A stretch of 64,000 bases of DNA, taken from NCBI RefSeq assembly GCF_009834535.1, contig NC_045732.1, positions 13,082,001 through 13,146,000 on the forward strand. Reading direction: 5' to 3'. A program made the translations under genes and the position numbers. This document shows positions 10,261-22,303 of this stretch, in pieces; positions within the stretch are counted from its first letter, which is position 1, and each line of letters begins with the position of its first letter. A model generated the notes under the pieces. That model saw only the letters and a list, made by a program, of their open reading frames with translations. It had not been told where the DNA came from and did not search any database. This DNA comes from Camelus ferus (Eukaryota).

Positions 10261-11904
10261 CCTGACACGCTCAGATATTAAACAGCCAATTTGGGGCCAT
10301 TAAAAAAAAAAAAACAAAAAAACGGGAGAGGAGGGGCTGGTGGCCGTGTCTGTGCTGAGGGGAGTTCAGCTCCGACTTGTCAGAGTCATTTCTTCCCGGG
10401 GAGGCGGGCAGCCTTCAGATCCAAGCGGCTTCCCGTCACCCTGGCCAAAGCAGGGTTTCTCCGTGTGTCCCCGACCCGAAAGGTCACGGCCACGCACGCC
10501 GTGTGCAAAGGCTCTCATTAATGCAGCCAGGTTCTTGGGGGACGGAAAAACGGAGAAAGTGAGGGAGAGAGAGAGAGAGAAAGAGAGCAAGAAAAATTAT
10601 TGGCAAGGTCTATGACAGCCGTCTTTTCTTTTTTTTTTGCCTTTATCCTTTGCCTGGCGTTTTGGCTGTGCCTCAGACCCACATCTGAAACCCATCACTG
10701 CAGCCTATTAGCTTTTTCTTTCCCCCCAAGTCGTATCAAAACTCGGTCTCATAATGAGGCATTCATCCCGCGGTATTTTGGGGGGTTTAAACAATTTGCA
10801 ATCTATTTCCAAGATGACTGAGGTGGAAATGAGGCGAACACAAGTTCTCTGAGCAACTTCCTCACTTTCAGCGTCAGACACCAGCAGCAACTGAAACCCA
10901 ATTGCCTTCACCCCGCTGGAAGTGAGCGCCAGTCATCACTTCCCATCAGGCTGCTGGCATGATCCCTGCCAGGGCCGATCAGGGTGTCCTCCGCTTGACG
11001 CGCCTTCGTCAGGTCCACTTAGCAGTGAGAATGTCAACGCGTCAAGTGTTTTTAACGCCGGGAGTTTGGAGACAGCCCTCGCCAATTTCTCCGCGCGCCA
11101 GAGGGTTGGAGGCACCCCCCGCCCCGACCCGCCGCCTCCTCCCCAAATGTCCTGACTCCACGGAGTAACTTAATGTGATGGCAGACGCTCACCCCTGGAA
11201 ATGCAGTGAGGGAAATTTTTTTAAGATTATTCTCCCCTCTGGGGGGGCGGGCAGACCACAAGAGGACAACCGCATTCCTGCCTCTTAGAAAACCTCCTGA
11301 CTTTTTCTGTCGGCAAAATCACAATTACACGGGGGCCGGATAATGAGTGCTCATGCTTCAGTAATCGTCCAAGTGCCACCTGTGTGTGGAAATGATGCTG
11401 GCCGGCCGGCCGGCCGGCTGCGTCTTTCCACCAGGCAGGGACCAGCTCCCCCCTCCTTGGAATCACCCAGTCCAGGCAGGCAGGCAGGCAGGCAGACCCC
11501 AAATCTGTCACAGAAATGCAGCGTGGGGGCGTGTGGGGCGTGGAGGGAACCCAGGGCCATGGAGGGCTTCACACCCGCTCAAGCCCATGCCCACAGGCAC
11601 GGGGGTGCTGCATGCGGAGGGGTCCTAGAGCCCAGCGCCAGCCACTGTTGTTCTGTCTGGGGAATCGGGTGTCTTAGATCTGGGACATGGCTCTGAAGCG
11701 GGAGAGACAGGGACACCGATGGCCAGCCCACCTTGTGACGGCCGCCGCGGGGAAACTGGAGACCGTACCGAGCATCTAATCGTTTAACGTCCGGGTTACC
11801 TGCATCCTGGCTCTGGATACCGGCGGTGTTAACTGCACGTGCATTGGGCAGGATCCCGACATAAACGTGTGCTCTAGTTACCTCGTCCTTTGCAGACACG
11901 GAGG

Positions 11905-12062
11905 GCCGCCCCGCCGGCCACACCACCAGCCTCCCCACCGCCCTGTCCCACCAGCCACCCCGCTGCCCTGCCCCACCAGCTACCCTGCCGGCCACAATGC
12001 CACCCTGTCCCACCAGCCACCCCACCGCCCTGTCCCACCAGCCACCCCGCCGCCCTGCCCCG
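11905..12062. repeat. C-rich degenerate minisatellite (about 25 bp unit)
   Basis: Recurrent CCCTGTCCCACCAGCCACCCC(A/G)CCG units. Confidence 0.85.
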
Positions 12063-13034
12063 AGGCTCTCCGCTCCAGCCCCTGGTCCTGCCTACGTGCG
12101 GGGGTCTCTGTTCGGCCGAAGTGGTGGCGCTGGGTGGCGGCTTCCAACCCCCGCTGGCTGCCCCTCGCACACTGGACCCCTGGCTGTAAAGTTTTATTCG
12201 CCGTTTAGCAAATTGAAAATAGACTTGCCTGCAATTGCGGGGTGTTAACGAGGATCACAGCCGGGAGGGCGAGCCTGCAGTTTCTCTATGAATTGGTTCT
12301 TTCTTTGCAAGGTTTCGGCGCTCCCGGTCAAAGGGGGCCACCAAAAATAAAATAAAATAAAGTAGAAATAGGATGCTGCGAAGTCATTGCACCTCCCCAG
12401 CTGGTGCCTCTGGCCCCACCACCAGAAGTGGACAAACCGCCCCCCAACCCCGATTCTGTGATGAGTCTGTTCTGCAACATTCCAACTGAGATGCGTTGGG
12501 GGCTTAATGATGTATTTACATGTTTTCCCCTTAGTTCTCCACCGTCTATATTTCTTATGTTCTGGAGGCATTGGCCCATCCTGTTCTACGCACACACCCG
12601 CCACCCACAATCGAATTCACAAAAGATGTAAAACTCCGGTTTATTCCCCAAAAGCATGTGTTCACGGGGCGAGGAGTGCCTCTCTGGTGTGTTTCCCCTT
12701 CACCTTTTCAGATTTAATCAGCAGCACAACGACGGAAATTGAACAAAATTCCCTTTGTTTAGAATGTAAGCAACGTCTTTTTTTCCCCCTACCCGAAATC
12801 AGGTCCACGTGACAAACCTACATTTTTGCAGTGACGTCTTTACATCTCCGAATTCATATCCTTGGAACGATGCAAAAATGTTCAAGGGTTTCTCTCCCTC
12901 TCTTTAGTTTTTTGATGCAGAGACGTAGCGAGGCAGAATTCTTGGTGTGGAATCACAAATGCGTCCTTTTCCAGGCAAGGCGTTTTGGCATCGACAAATG
13001 CATTCTTTTTTTTTTTTTTTTTGGAGACGGTATC

Positions 13035-13515
13035 TTTCTTTCATTTTTTAACTGAAGTGCAGTCGATTTGCAATGTTGCGTTAGTTCCTGGTGAGCAGCG
13101 CAGTGGTTCGTTTATACACATGTATGTCTTTTCGTATTCTTTTTCATTATAGGCCGTTACCAGTTATTGAATGAAGGAGGCCCTTGTTGTTTATCTATTT
13201 CATATACAGTAGTTAGTACCTGCTAACCCTGAACTCCCAATTTATCCCTCCCTATTCCCCTCCCCACTGGTAACCGTAAGTTTGTTTTCTGTGTCTTGTG
13301 AGTCTCTGTCTTGTAAATAAGTTCATTTGCATCATTTTTTTTTTTTTAGATTCCACATGTAAGTCATATCATATGATGTTTGTCTTTCTCTGTCTGACCT
13401 ACTTCACTTAGAAGGACAATCTCCAGGTCCATCCGTGTTGCTGCAAATGGCATGATTTTATTTGTTTTTATGGCTGAGTAGTATTCCACTGTATATGTAC
13501 AACAAACATATTCTT
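13035..13515 (-). mobile_element. LINE-1 3' end, cetartiodactyl-type, 5'-truncated
   Basis: TTTAACTGAAGTGCAGTCGATTTGCAATGTTG...CTTGTTGTTTATCTATTT...AACTCCCAATTTATCCCTCCC...GATTCCACATGTAAGT...CTCCAGGTCCATCCGTGTTGCTGCAAATGGC. Confidence 0.9.
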
Positions 13516-13749
13516 GACCATATTGTCTGAAGCTGTGGCTTCGTTCAGTGCCCCCAAATCCAGGCTTGATCCAGCCCTCAAGGGGATTCTTCACCCCCCT
13601 AAACAAGAAACAGCTAGGTCCTCAAGCCATCCTGAAAATGAACAACTCCACTGAGGCACACTGGAGGTTTTTAGGTGTCAGAAGCTAGTGCCCCACTCCT
13701 GAAGGGGGATGTGGTGTAGGGAAGTCTGGACAAGGAAGGATGGTGGGAT

Positions 13750-13985
13750 GTGTATCAGCTAGGACTGCTTTGGGAACCACTCAGTGAAACAGAAAGCATT
13801 CACTTAATGTAATGCAAACATCAGTGGTAGCCGGCTTCAGGAGCGGCTCGATCAAGGGGCTTCAACGCAGCCAAAAGTGCCTACTTTCCTCCGTGTCCGT
13901 CGCTCTCTCTGCTAAATTCCATGGGGATGGCTGGTTTTCCAACAGCCCTCCTCTTCATGGGAACAGGAGGTGGTCAGCACCTGTC
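13750..13985 (-). mobile_element. MLT1J/I-like MaLR LTR fragment
   Basis: TGTATCAGCTAGGACTGC...GGCTTCAGGAGCGGCTCGATCAAGGGGCTTCAAC resembles the antisense MLT1J end. Confidence 0.55.
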
Positions 13986-14364
13986 TTCGCCTCTCTGCTC
14001 CTGTGAACATTGACCCACCAGTTTTTGCTTGAAGACCTCCTTTCAAACACACTCTCTGTCTCTGTCTCTGTCTCAATCTGGCTCTGAATCTCTCTCGTCT
14101 CTCTATTCCCAGGGCTCCCCAAGCATAAGAATTCCTATCCTGGATGATAACGCCTGTCTTTCCCTGACGTCCAGTCACATGCACGCTGCACCCTTCCCTC
14201 GTGTCCACATTCTTCAGTTCACACGCACACAGACTCTAGTGTCACCTCCCTGATGTCCCAGCAGGCGGGCAGCTCAGGCAGGAGACAGGTCCTTCTCTTC
14301 AGTAAATGACCCAAGCCCACCACCTGCCACCAGCTCTTCACTAGGGACTCCAGACAGCCTTTCT

Positions 14365-14908
14365 TTTAAAAAAAATTAAGATACAATTCACATGACACCA
14401 AATCGACCGCAGTAAAGGATACCACTCAATGACCTTGGGCGCAGTCACAAGATTAGCCAACTGTCACCTCTGTCTGTTCCATGACATTCTCATCATTGCT
14501 CCAAAAGGAGACCCTGTCCCCTTGAACAGTCACTCCCCACACCCGTCCCCCAGCCCCTGGAAACCACTAATCAGCTTCTGTCTCTATAAATGTACCTGTT
14601 CTGTGTGTTTTATATAATGAGATCGTATACCATGTGGCCTTTTGTGACTGGCTTCTTTCATTGATTATAATGTTTTCAGAGTTCAAGCACATTGTAGCCT
14701 TTGTCAGAGCTTCACTCATTTTCATGGTTGAGTAATATTGCCCTGTGTGCATACCACATTTTGTTTATCTATCTATCCATCATACATCCACCAACCCACC
14801 CACCCATCCATCCATCCACCCATCCAACCAACCATCCACCCATCCATCCACCCATTTGTGGACACTTGGGTTGCTTCCACCTTTCGGCTGTTGTGGATAA
14901 TGCTTGCT
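14365..14908 (-). mobile_element. L1MB-like 3' end with an internal (CCAT/CCAC)n expansion
   Basis: AGATACAATTCACAT...CCCAGCCCCTGGAAACCACTAATC...TGACTGGCTTCTTTCA...GGACACTTGGGTTGCTTCCACCTTTCGGCTGTTGTGGATAATGC. The microsatellite lies at about 14770-14855. Confidence 0.85.
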
Positions 14909-16211
14909 ACTTGGCAAGTCTAAGTCTAATGGCTTTCAGTTCGGGGAACGCAGGCACACCTCAAAAGGATGTTTTATGGGAAACGTGGGTTCTGTAATGA
15001 TGAGAGCTTGCAGCTGGGGCAGGCTCACCTGGTCATCGCCCCTGGTGTCCTCGACCTGCAAACCCTGAGCGCTCCGAGGGTGTCACAGGCCGGGGATCCC
15101 CGTCTTGGCACGTGGTAGCTGCACTGAGCTCATCGCGGGGGGAAGGTGTCCATAAACCTCCTCCCGGCGTCCCCAAAAAGCCTCACCCGACTTCACCATT
15201 TACCAGAGTGTGCAGTTCATTCTCTAGATTGTAAAAGGAGCTGAGCTTTTTTTTTTTAATGGATACATGAAAATCAAAAGATGATGGAACCGGGGACATG
15301 GAACAAAGTCGAATAACACGGAAAGGTACATGGCAATGTTGCCTTTTAAGTCCTCCAGTGGCGTAACGCTTGTCAGTTTTATAAAACGTTGTCACTTTTA
15401 TAAAAATGTCATTAAAAAAAAGTTGAGTCTTACAGAGGAAGGATCGCTGTCACCGGGGTCCGTATTTTATCCGCCGTGAAGAGGAGGCGTGAATAAAAGA
15501 ACAGCAACTTTATGGACCGGAGACGCGGAAAGGACACCTGCTTCTTGCTGGAGAGCTCAGCTCAGGAGTGGCCTGCTCTTGCCTCTGCTTCGTGTGTTTG
15601 TTTCTTTGTTTCCGGAAGTCACGTTCTGCAAGCGGCACCGTTTGTGGGTTCTAAGAGCCGCTCACAGCCCGGGCAGCTGCCGGCAGGGCGGGCCCCCCTT
15701 CCAGACCACAGCTTACACTTCCCAGGTCTTTCTCTCCCTCATCAACGTCTCTCCCAGGACCCGTGGGAAACACAGGATGGCACATTCCAGACACCCAACG
15801 TGGCACCTGCCACAGGTGTGGGTTTTCTGGTGGCTTCAAAGTTGCTCAGAACTTGACGGAGGAGAGGTCACGTCCTTGTGACAAGCGGTGACTGTCCGTG
15901 TGGTTAACGAGACGCAGCTGCCATGTCTAATTGACACATAGAAGATGAAGAGGTAGCCGGCGGGACGTGTGTTTCGCTGGCCACCGGGAAGCTCTCTGTT
16001 ACCCCAGCTCAGCGCGCACGGGGTGGGTGGTCGCAGGGCGGGTCTTTTTCCAGCAAAGAACTGGGGACCTTTGTGGAAGAAAAGAAGTGGTGGCCAGAGT
16101 GGGTCCCTGCCCCTGGAGCTGCTGGACGTTCCCTCGAGAGAGGCTTGTGTCTGGCTGTGTGGTCAGCTCTGCCGGCATCCGGGGACGTGTCACATTCTCC
16201 TGAATCTGGGC

Positions 16212-16650
16212 CATCGTGGGTTGAGTGGTGTCCCCCTAATTCATGCCCATCTGGATTCTTGCAACAGGACCTTATTTGCAAACCTGGTCTCTGCAGAAGT
16301 GATGAAGTCAAGGGCCTGAGAGGAGGTCCTCCTGGAGGAGGTGGCCCTGCATCCAAGGACAGTGTCCTCATAAGAGACAGAAGAGGAGAGACGCAGACAC
16401 AGAGGAGACGCCACGTGGAGATGCAGGCAGAGACGGGAGGGAGGCGGCCACCAGCCCAGGGATGGACGCCTGGAGCCCCCAGGAGCTGGAAGAGGCAGGG
16501 AGGACCCTCCCCTGGAGCCTCCGGAGGGAGCGCGGCCCTGGGACACCTTGACCTCAGACGTCTGGCCTCCAGGACAGTGGAGGGTGGATGCCTGTGGTTT
16601 TAAGTCCCCCGTTGGTGGTCATTTGTCATGGCGGCACCAGGACACTCACA
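16212..16650 (+). mobile_element. MLT1C/D-like MaLR solo LTR, near full length (homogenised core copy 2)
   Basis: Starts ..TCGTGGGTTGAGTGGTGTCCCCC, contains GGTCTCTGCAGA and the shared core, and ends TTTGTCATGGCGGCACCAGGACACTCACA. About 440 bp. Confidence 0.9.
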
Positions 16651-17630
16651 CCCTGCCGGAGCATTGTTAAGTTGTGGCTTCAGACACCCCTGCAGATGGA
16701 GGGCGTCTTTGAACCAGCACTCTGATGCCCCAAACCGGTGGACGAGTTTTGAGGGTGCCCCAAAGTGCCTCCGGACCGTTAGGGGAAAAAAAATCCAGCG
16801 AAGGTTCTTTAACATCTGTGAACGTCAGTTACCTCTCGCCCGTGATATGCGCCCTGACACAACTGGGTGATGCGTATCGCGTTGAAACGTTATCTTTCTC
16901 TCAATCAAGGAAAAGGAGAGTAGGTCAGATTTCTGGGGGGAAAGAAAGAAACAAAAAACCCCACAGCACTTTCAAAAGGAGAGCTAGGGCAGGGAACTTG
17001 GCAATTACCCGATTTTTTTTTCAAAAGTGTTTTCAAGGAGCCATTAAAAGTAACCTATTATGTAAAAAAGGTACGCGACCCAGTTTCTTCGTCAATTAAG
17101 GCGCCAGGAATGTGTCCTCAGCGGAACAAGAGCCCCCACTCGCTCCTCTTCGGTGGCTTGGTTTGCTGAGCCACAGAGACGAGCAAAGTGCAGCTCACGG
17201 CAAAGTCCGGGGAAACCCACCCACTGGGCAGTAGGCACGGGGAGTGCCCGCCTTTTCTGGTTTGAAAATCCCCTGAAATGGGGCTGAATGTCCCGACACG
17301 GGCGTGAAGCTCGTCCTGCAGGGCGGCCGGCGGGATCTGACACTGGGCCCCCAGGGATCCCCGCCGGCGACGCCAACGGGGCCGTCCTCGCCGCCGACAG
17401 TGAGCACACGGCGCGTTTGCGTGGTGCACGGAAGGAGGCGGGGAACTGTTTCACCTGCTCGTCACCAGTCACGGTCCCCTGTCCTGAACAGGTTCCCCTA
17501 GAGCTTAAATTTACATTTGAGACGCTGAAGTCCGTGAGCCTGTTGAACCAGGAACGCATGCCGTGTTTTTTAAAAGGGTGATGACAGGATGAGAATGATG
17601 CAGTTGGAGGAACGTGGGTGAAACGTGGGT

Positions 17631-17755
17631 GGGGCACCCTATGCAGGTGGGTAACCCCCTATATTTGGGGTGCCCGATGCAGGTGGGGTGCCCTATGTAG
17701 GTGGGGTAACCCCCTGTATTTGGGGTGCCTGATGCAGGTGGGGTGCCCTATGTCA
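17631..17755. repeat. Short tandem duplication (about 55 bp x 2.3)
   Basis: CCCTATG(C/T)AGGTGGG(G)TAACCCCCT(A/G)TATTTGGGGTGCC(C/T)GATGCAGGTGGGGTG repeated. Confidence 0.85.
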
Positions 17756-20700
17756 TGATCCACACCCCAAGTACCATGGGCAATGCTGTAAGCTTCACAG
17801 GAACCTAAATGAAAATCCTATTTGAGACACTTTTAAAAGCTGAGGCAGCGTTGTGACCCCAGCCAGAGCCTATAAAAACCACCATGAAAGTTGCAACCTG
17901 CCTTGTATGGGGGGCTGTTGGAAAAGCAGTGTTTTCAGTGTGTGTTTTGCAGTGTTTTATGATAAATTCCACAAGTCAACGTCAGGCGTCGGTGCACATT
18001 TTGAACCAAGTATGGGTTTTCATAAACTTGCAAACCAGCGCCTCCCTGTCATGCTGACCTAGGCAGTGGGTGGAGGCCCGGGTGTGGGGTGCCAGGGAGA
18101 AGGCCAGAGGCAGACCCCAAACGGGAGCCCCCCCTCACCCCTTGCCCCATCCCTGGGGGACACACCCAGACTCGGATGACTCGTGGGCAATGAGTGCCCT
18201 TTAGAGGCACCCTCCAAACCCCACCGTGGAACCAATCACCCCAAGATAACTCAGGCTCTAAAAAATCTGTGCAACCTCCTCCCGCGCCAGGAGCAGGTTT
18301 CCTTGCCCACGTGACCCTCACCCTCCACTGCTGCCCACCGAGCCCCACCTGTGCTGAGTAAGGAGGGGACGCGTCAGGAGGAACATTTCAAGGGACGTGT
18401 CCTTGGCGTCATCTGTGCCCTCCGGGGCGGGGGGGCAGAGCCTGGGCAGGACTGCCGTTGGACTCGCCCAAGGTCAGGGTGTGGAGGTGACTTTTTGGTC
18501 CTCTTCCCCCAACACTCACCTTACAGGTCAAGGTCCTGGCCCAGGGGCGGCTCAAGGTGTCCTGGTTTGTCAGCCACGAAGTGGACACGAGAAAACATGT
18601 CAAAATCGTGTGCTGTTCTGACCGCTGACCCTCTTTGCAGGTTCTGGTTCCCCGTCATCTGCATTTCGGTGACGGGGGCTGAGCGTGTCCCCCACGGCTG
18701 GACAGGGAGACACTCACCTCAAGAGGCAAGGCCGTTTTCCCTTTGAAACGCACGTGGACGGCGGTCTCCTGCCATCAGCCCGGCTTGCATTCGACATATT
18801 TCACCTCTTTGCTAAGAGGATTATTTGGAATTAATGGGCAATCCCAGAGTTCTTGCCTCTTTCTGCACGTGGAGGACGCAGGGCGTTCAAACCCGCGGCA
18901 AATGGAGCCAGCGGAGTCCTCTCTGCTGCAGCACACGTAGGCATTTCTAGAACTCACTGTGCTCTGCAAAATCACCCCAGACGGGGGAAATGAGATTAGA
19001 GACACTGTAACAAAAGACAGGAATCTAAGAAAAGTGGGCGCGTGATGTCATGCATGCTGGATGGTGAAGGAAGTCTTCCACACCACGGGTCTGCGGCACC
19101 GGATCTGAAGAAGCAGCCGGGGCTGGCCGGCGGAATCGGACGTGGGAAGGGTTGCAGCCTTGGGTGACTGTGAAGATGTGGAAGGCGGTGCCGTCTGGGT
19201 TCAGACGGAAGGTTGTAACCCCAGGCATGGGCGGGCGGGCCCCCCCCACCACGTCCTCGTGGACGGAGGGCGCCGGGAGCGGTCGGGGGCGCGGGCATGG
19301 CGCGTGTGTTGCGCCCGCCTTCCTGAGGGCTCGGTTCTCTGCGTTCACCTAGTTTTCTCGGCGATGAGATTTTGCATAAACAAATGCAAAACTCCCCCCG
19401 TGTCCGACTTGTTCTTTAATCGGCATCAGTTGCTTTGGAACAAGTTCGCGTCTTCAGAACAAATTTCCTAGCAGAACGGCGGCAGGTGGTTTCGTGTAGA
19501 GACTCCTTTGGAAAAAATTAACTGAACTCCAGGGGAGTCCGTGGCCCGCGCCTGGGTGAGGAGATGGGTGTGGCTGGAACAGGCAGCTGGGAGAGACTCC
19601 TTCAAGTTCTATGTGGGTCCCCAGGGTGCACCCACCTCCCCCAGCTGTGTGAAGCCCCACCTGGACGCCCATGGGTCCCCCACAGCACGGCCCCAGCACA
19701 TCACTCGCAGACATGCACGCTCACACACGCCTTTGCACACGCGCTCACACAAGGCACTAACACCCCCAGCAGCCCCTGTGTTCTCTCCCTTTGCTTTCTA
19801 AAATTAAACCCCAAACAGTACATCATTTGCACCCTGGAACTCATTTCTTGGTACAGTTTTCCTTGACAATGCCGATGACGAGCAATCTACAAATGCAAAT
19901 GGGGAGGCAAGGCTGCGCCCCGACATGAAAAGGGGGTGACAGCCCGCTATTTGGATTCAATTCCAAATGTTCCCAGGCTATTTTTTAACTAATCAAGTCC
20001 AAACTGTAGCAGAGCCCAGAGCACACATGGTTTAAGGAACAAAAGGGAAAAGCAAATATCCCGGCGTCGTAAGGAATCCTAATATTTACAGCGTGTGTTC
20101 AACTTCATTAAGGCGACATGGCAGTTATTTCGGATGTGAATCCATCTAGTTTCGATTCAGTGAAAACTGTAAATGAGCACCACCACCAAAACAACCGACG
20201 AAAAAGCAAACAAACAAAAAACAGCAAAAAACGCGCTATGGGAAAAGAAAAGTTTGCACGTGCAAATTGCTTATTTCTGGCAGACAATCCAAGAAAAATG
20301 GAGTTGCTGGAATCTGTTTCATTAGGTAGGTCTCACGTCCCGCACCTTCAAAGAATGATAAAAATGTTCTTCTGCTCAGCCATGCCTGCATTTTATTTTG
20401 AATGGAAGCCCTGGCAGTTTGCAGGGAAATGAATGTTCAAGCATCCTTTTATTGGTCCGTGGAGGGGGAAAAAAAAAAAAGTCAGTGAGCCTATAAGGAA
20501 AGATTTAATTCAAATTGCTCGTGTATCCCGTACATGCATTTGGTGCACGAGAAATCATGCAAGAATTGATGGGTCCCCACACACGCTCATTATGCGGCCG
20601 GCCGGCCGGGCCACGCTCGGCAGAGCCAAGGACAGCACCCCCGCGCCGCAGGCGAAAATATTTCATACACGGGAGTTCATTTTCATACGGCTTCATTTCC

Positions 20701-21639
20701 ACCCTGTATATTTTTCAGGCACAGAGGACAAGGGGGAAAAGCCAGCCACGCACATGTCTGAATAAAAATATCTTTTCCAGCCGTGTTGACGGAGGAAGTT
20801 GGTAAACAGACTCGCGGATACCGCCGGAGCCTGATTGTGGCTGGTTTGGTCTCAATTAAAAGGGCATGTTTGGAAACGGTTGTATATATTCCACCTCATT
20901 AGAAGAAGTCAAAGTAAAGAGAGAGAGAGGGAGGGAGCGGGGAGAGGCTTTCTGCAAAATGCATCGTGTTACATGGACAGGGACGTGTCTTAAAAACTAA
21001 ATAAAGGAGAAACGTCCATCTCATCCACGTTGGAGGGAAAAATAGGGCCCTTGCAACATTGTCGACTGCGGTACGTCCTGACGCTGGCAGGTAATGTGTA
21101 CAAATAAGGACGGCTGGTCCCCCCGATGCCCGTGGCTTGTAAACAGGCTGGAATCTCTCGTGTTACACGAATGAGGGTAGGTCAGGTAACAGCCCTGCCC
21201 GTGAAGGACCCACCTTCTCAAGGCCGGCGAGAGGAGCCTGAACGCACCTCACGTAGACACAATTGTACTATGTCTACGTGGTGAACTCACCTGTTTTCAT
21301 AACAGCCACCCCTGGAGTGCGACAGGGGCGTGGTAGCAGATGCTGGAACGCCTGTTCCTTGGAATGCCTCAGACGTCTCCAGGAGCAGTCAGGGTTCTCC
21401 AGGGCAACAGAACCAAGAGGACGGATGTGGGTGTACACCAGATGAGCTGTCTTACAGGAACTGGCTCCCAGGATTCCAGAGGCTGCAATGTCCCACCCTC
21501 GACCGTCTGTATGTGGGACCCCCCAGGAGGTGGATCCGGTCTGAGTCCAATTCTCCAAAAGTGGACAAGATGGGTGTCCCAGATCAAGCAGACAGAGAGA
21601 CAGAGAACTCTCCTCTAGTCCACTTTTTTTAATTCCCCA

Positions 21640-21720
21640 TAATACACGCCCTCAGCTGATTAGACGAGGCCCACCCACACTGGGGCTTGTTCTTCCCTCA
21701 GTCCGCTGATTTACTATCCC
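21640..21720 (-). mobile_element. MLT2-like LTR remnant
   Basis: CAGCTGATTAGACGAGGCCCACCCACACT...TCAGTCCGCTGATTT resembles antisense MLT2. It is short. Confidence 0.45.
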
Positions 21721-22041
21721 TGAAGGAAACGGAAAGCTGGGGCTGCTTCCCTCCAATGACCCCTTTCCCTTTTTTTTTTTTTTTTTTAATATTTTCACTC
21801 TAAAGCATTCTCTCTCCTCTGCCCGCCTTGGGGCCTACACCAAGTGCAAGCGACGGTGGCCCACCCCCTTGCCAGAGTGAATTCCGAATAACAGTCGCTG
21901 TGTCATCTCCTTTGGGTGGGTTTCTTTATTTACATGCCCGGAAGAAATCAAAGAGCAGGCCGCCAACAATACCCATGTGCCTATGTATTGCTGCTTAGTG
22001 CTGCAGCAGAACTCAATGCTCTGTGTGGCTCTGTTGCTTAC

Positions 22042-22303
22042 ATTTTTTTTTTATTGAAGGATAGTTGATGTACAATGCTGTGTTAGTTTCCGGTGTACAG
22101 CATCATGATTCAATTATACACAGACAAATTCTTTTTCATATTCTTTTTTATTATAGGTTATCATATTATAGGGTATTGAATATAGTTCCCTGTGCTGCAC
22201 AGTAGGACCTTGTTGTTAATCTATTTTATATATAGTAGTTTGTAACTGCTAACACCAAACTCCTAATTTATCTGTCCCCAACTCTGTTTCCCCTTTGGTA
22301 ACT
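22042..22303 (-). mobile_element. LINE-1 3' end, cetartiodactyl-type
   Basis: TTTATTGAAGGATAGTTGATGTACAAT...TATTGAATATAGTTCCCTGTGCTGCACAGTAGGACCTTGTTG...AAACTCCTAATTTATC. Confidence 0.9.

Noticed and set aside
16073-16603. Recurrent peptide RRRHVE(T/M)(E/Q)AETGGRRPPAQGWTPGAP as a new protein family (also at 32249, 47621 and 60171)
   Set aside because: It is the translation of the shared MLT1 LTR core. Starts, ends and frames are inconsistent between copies.
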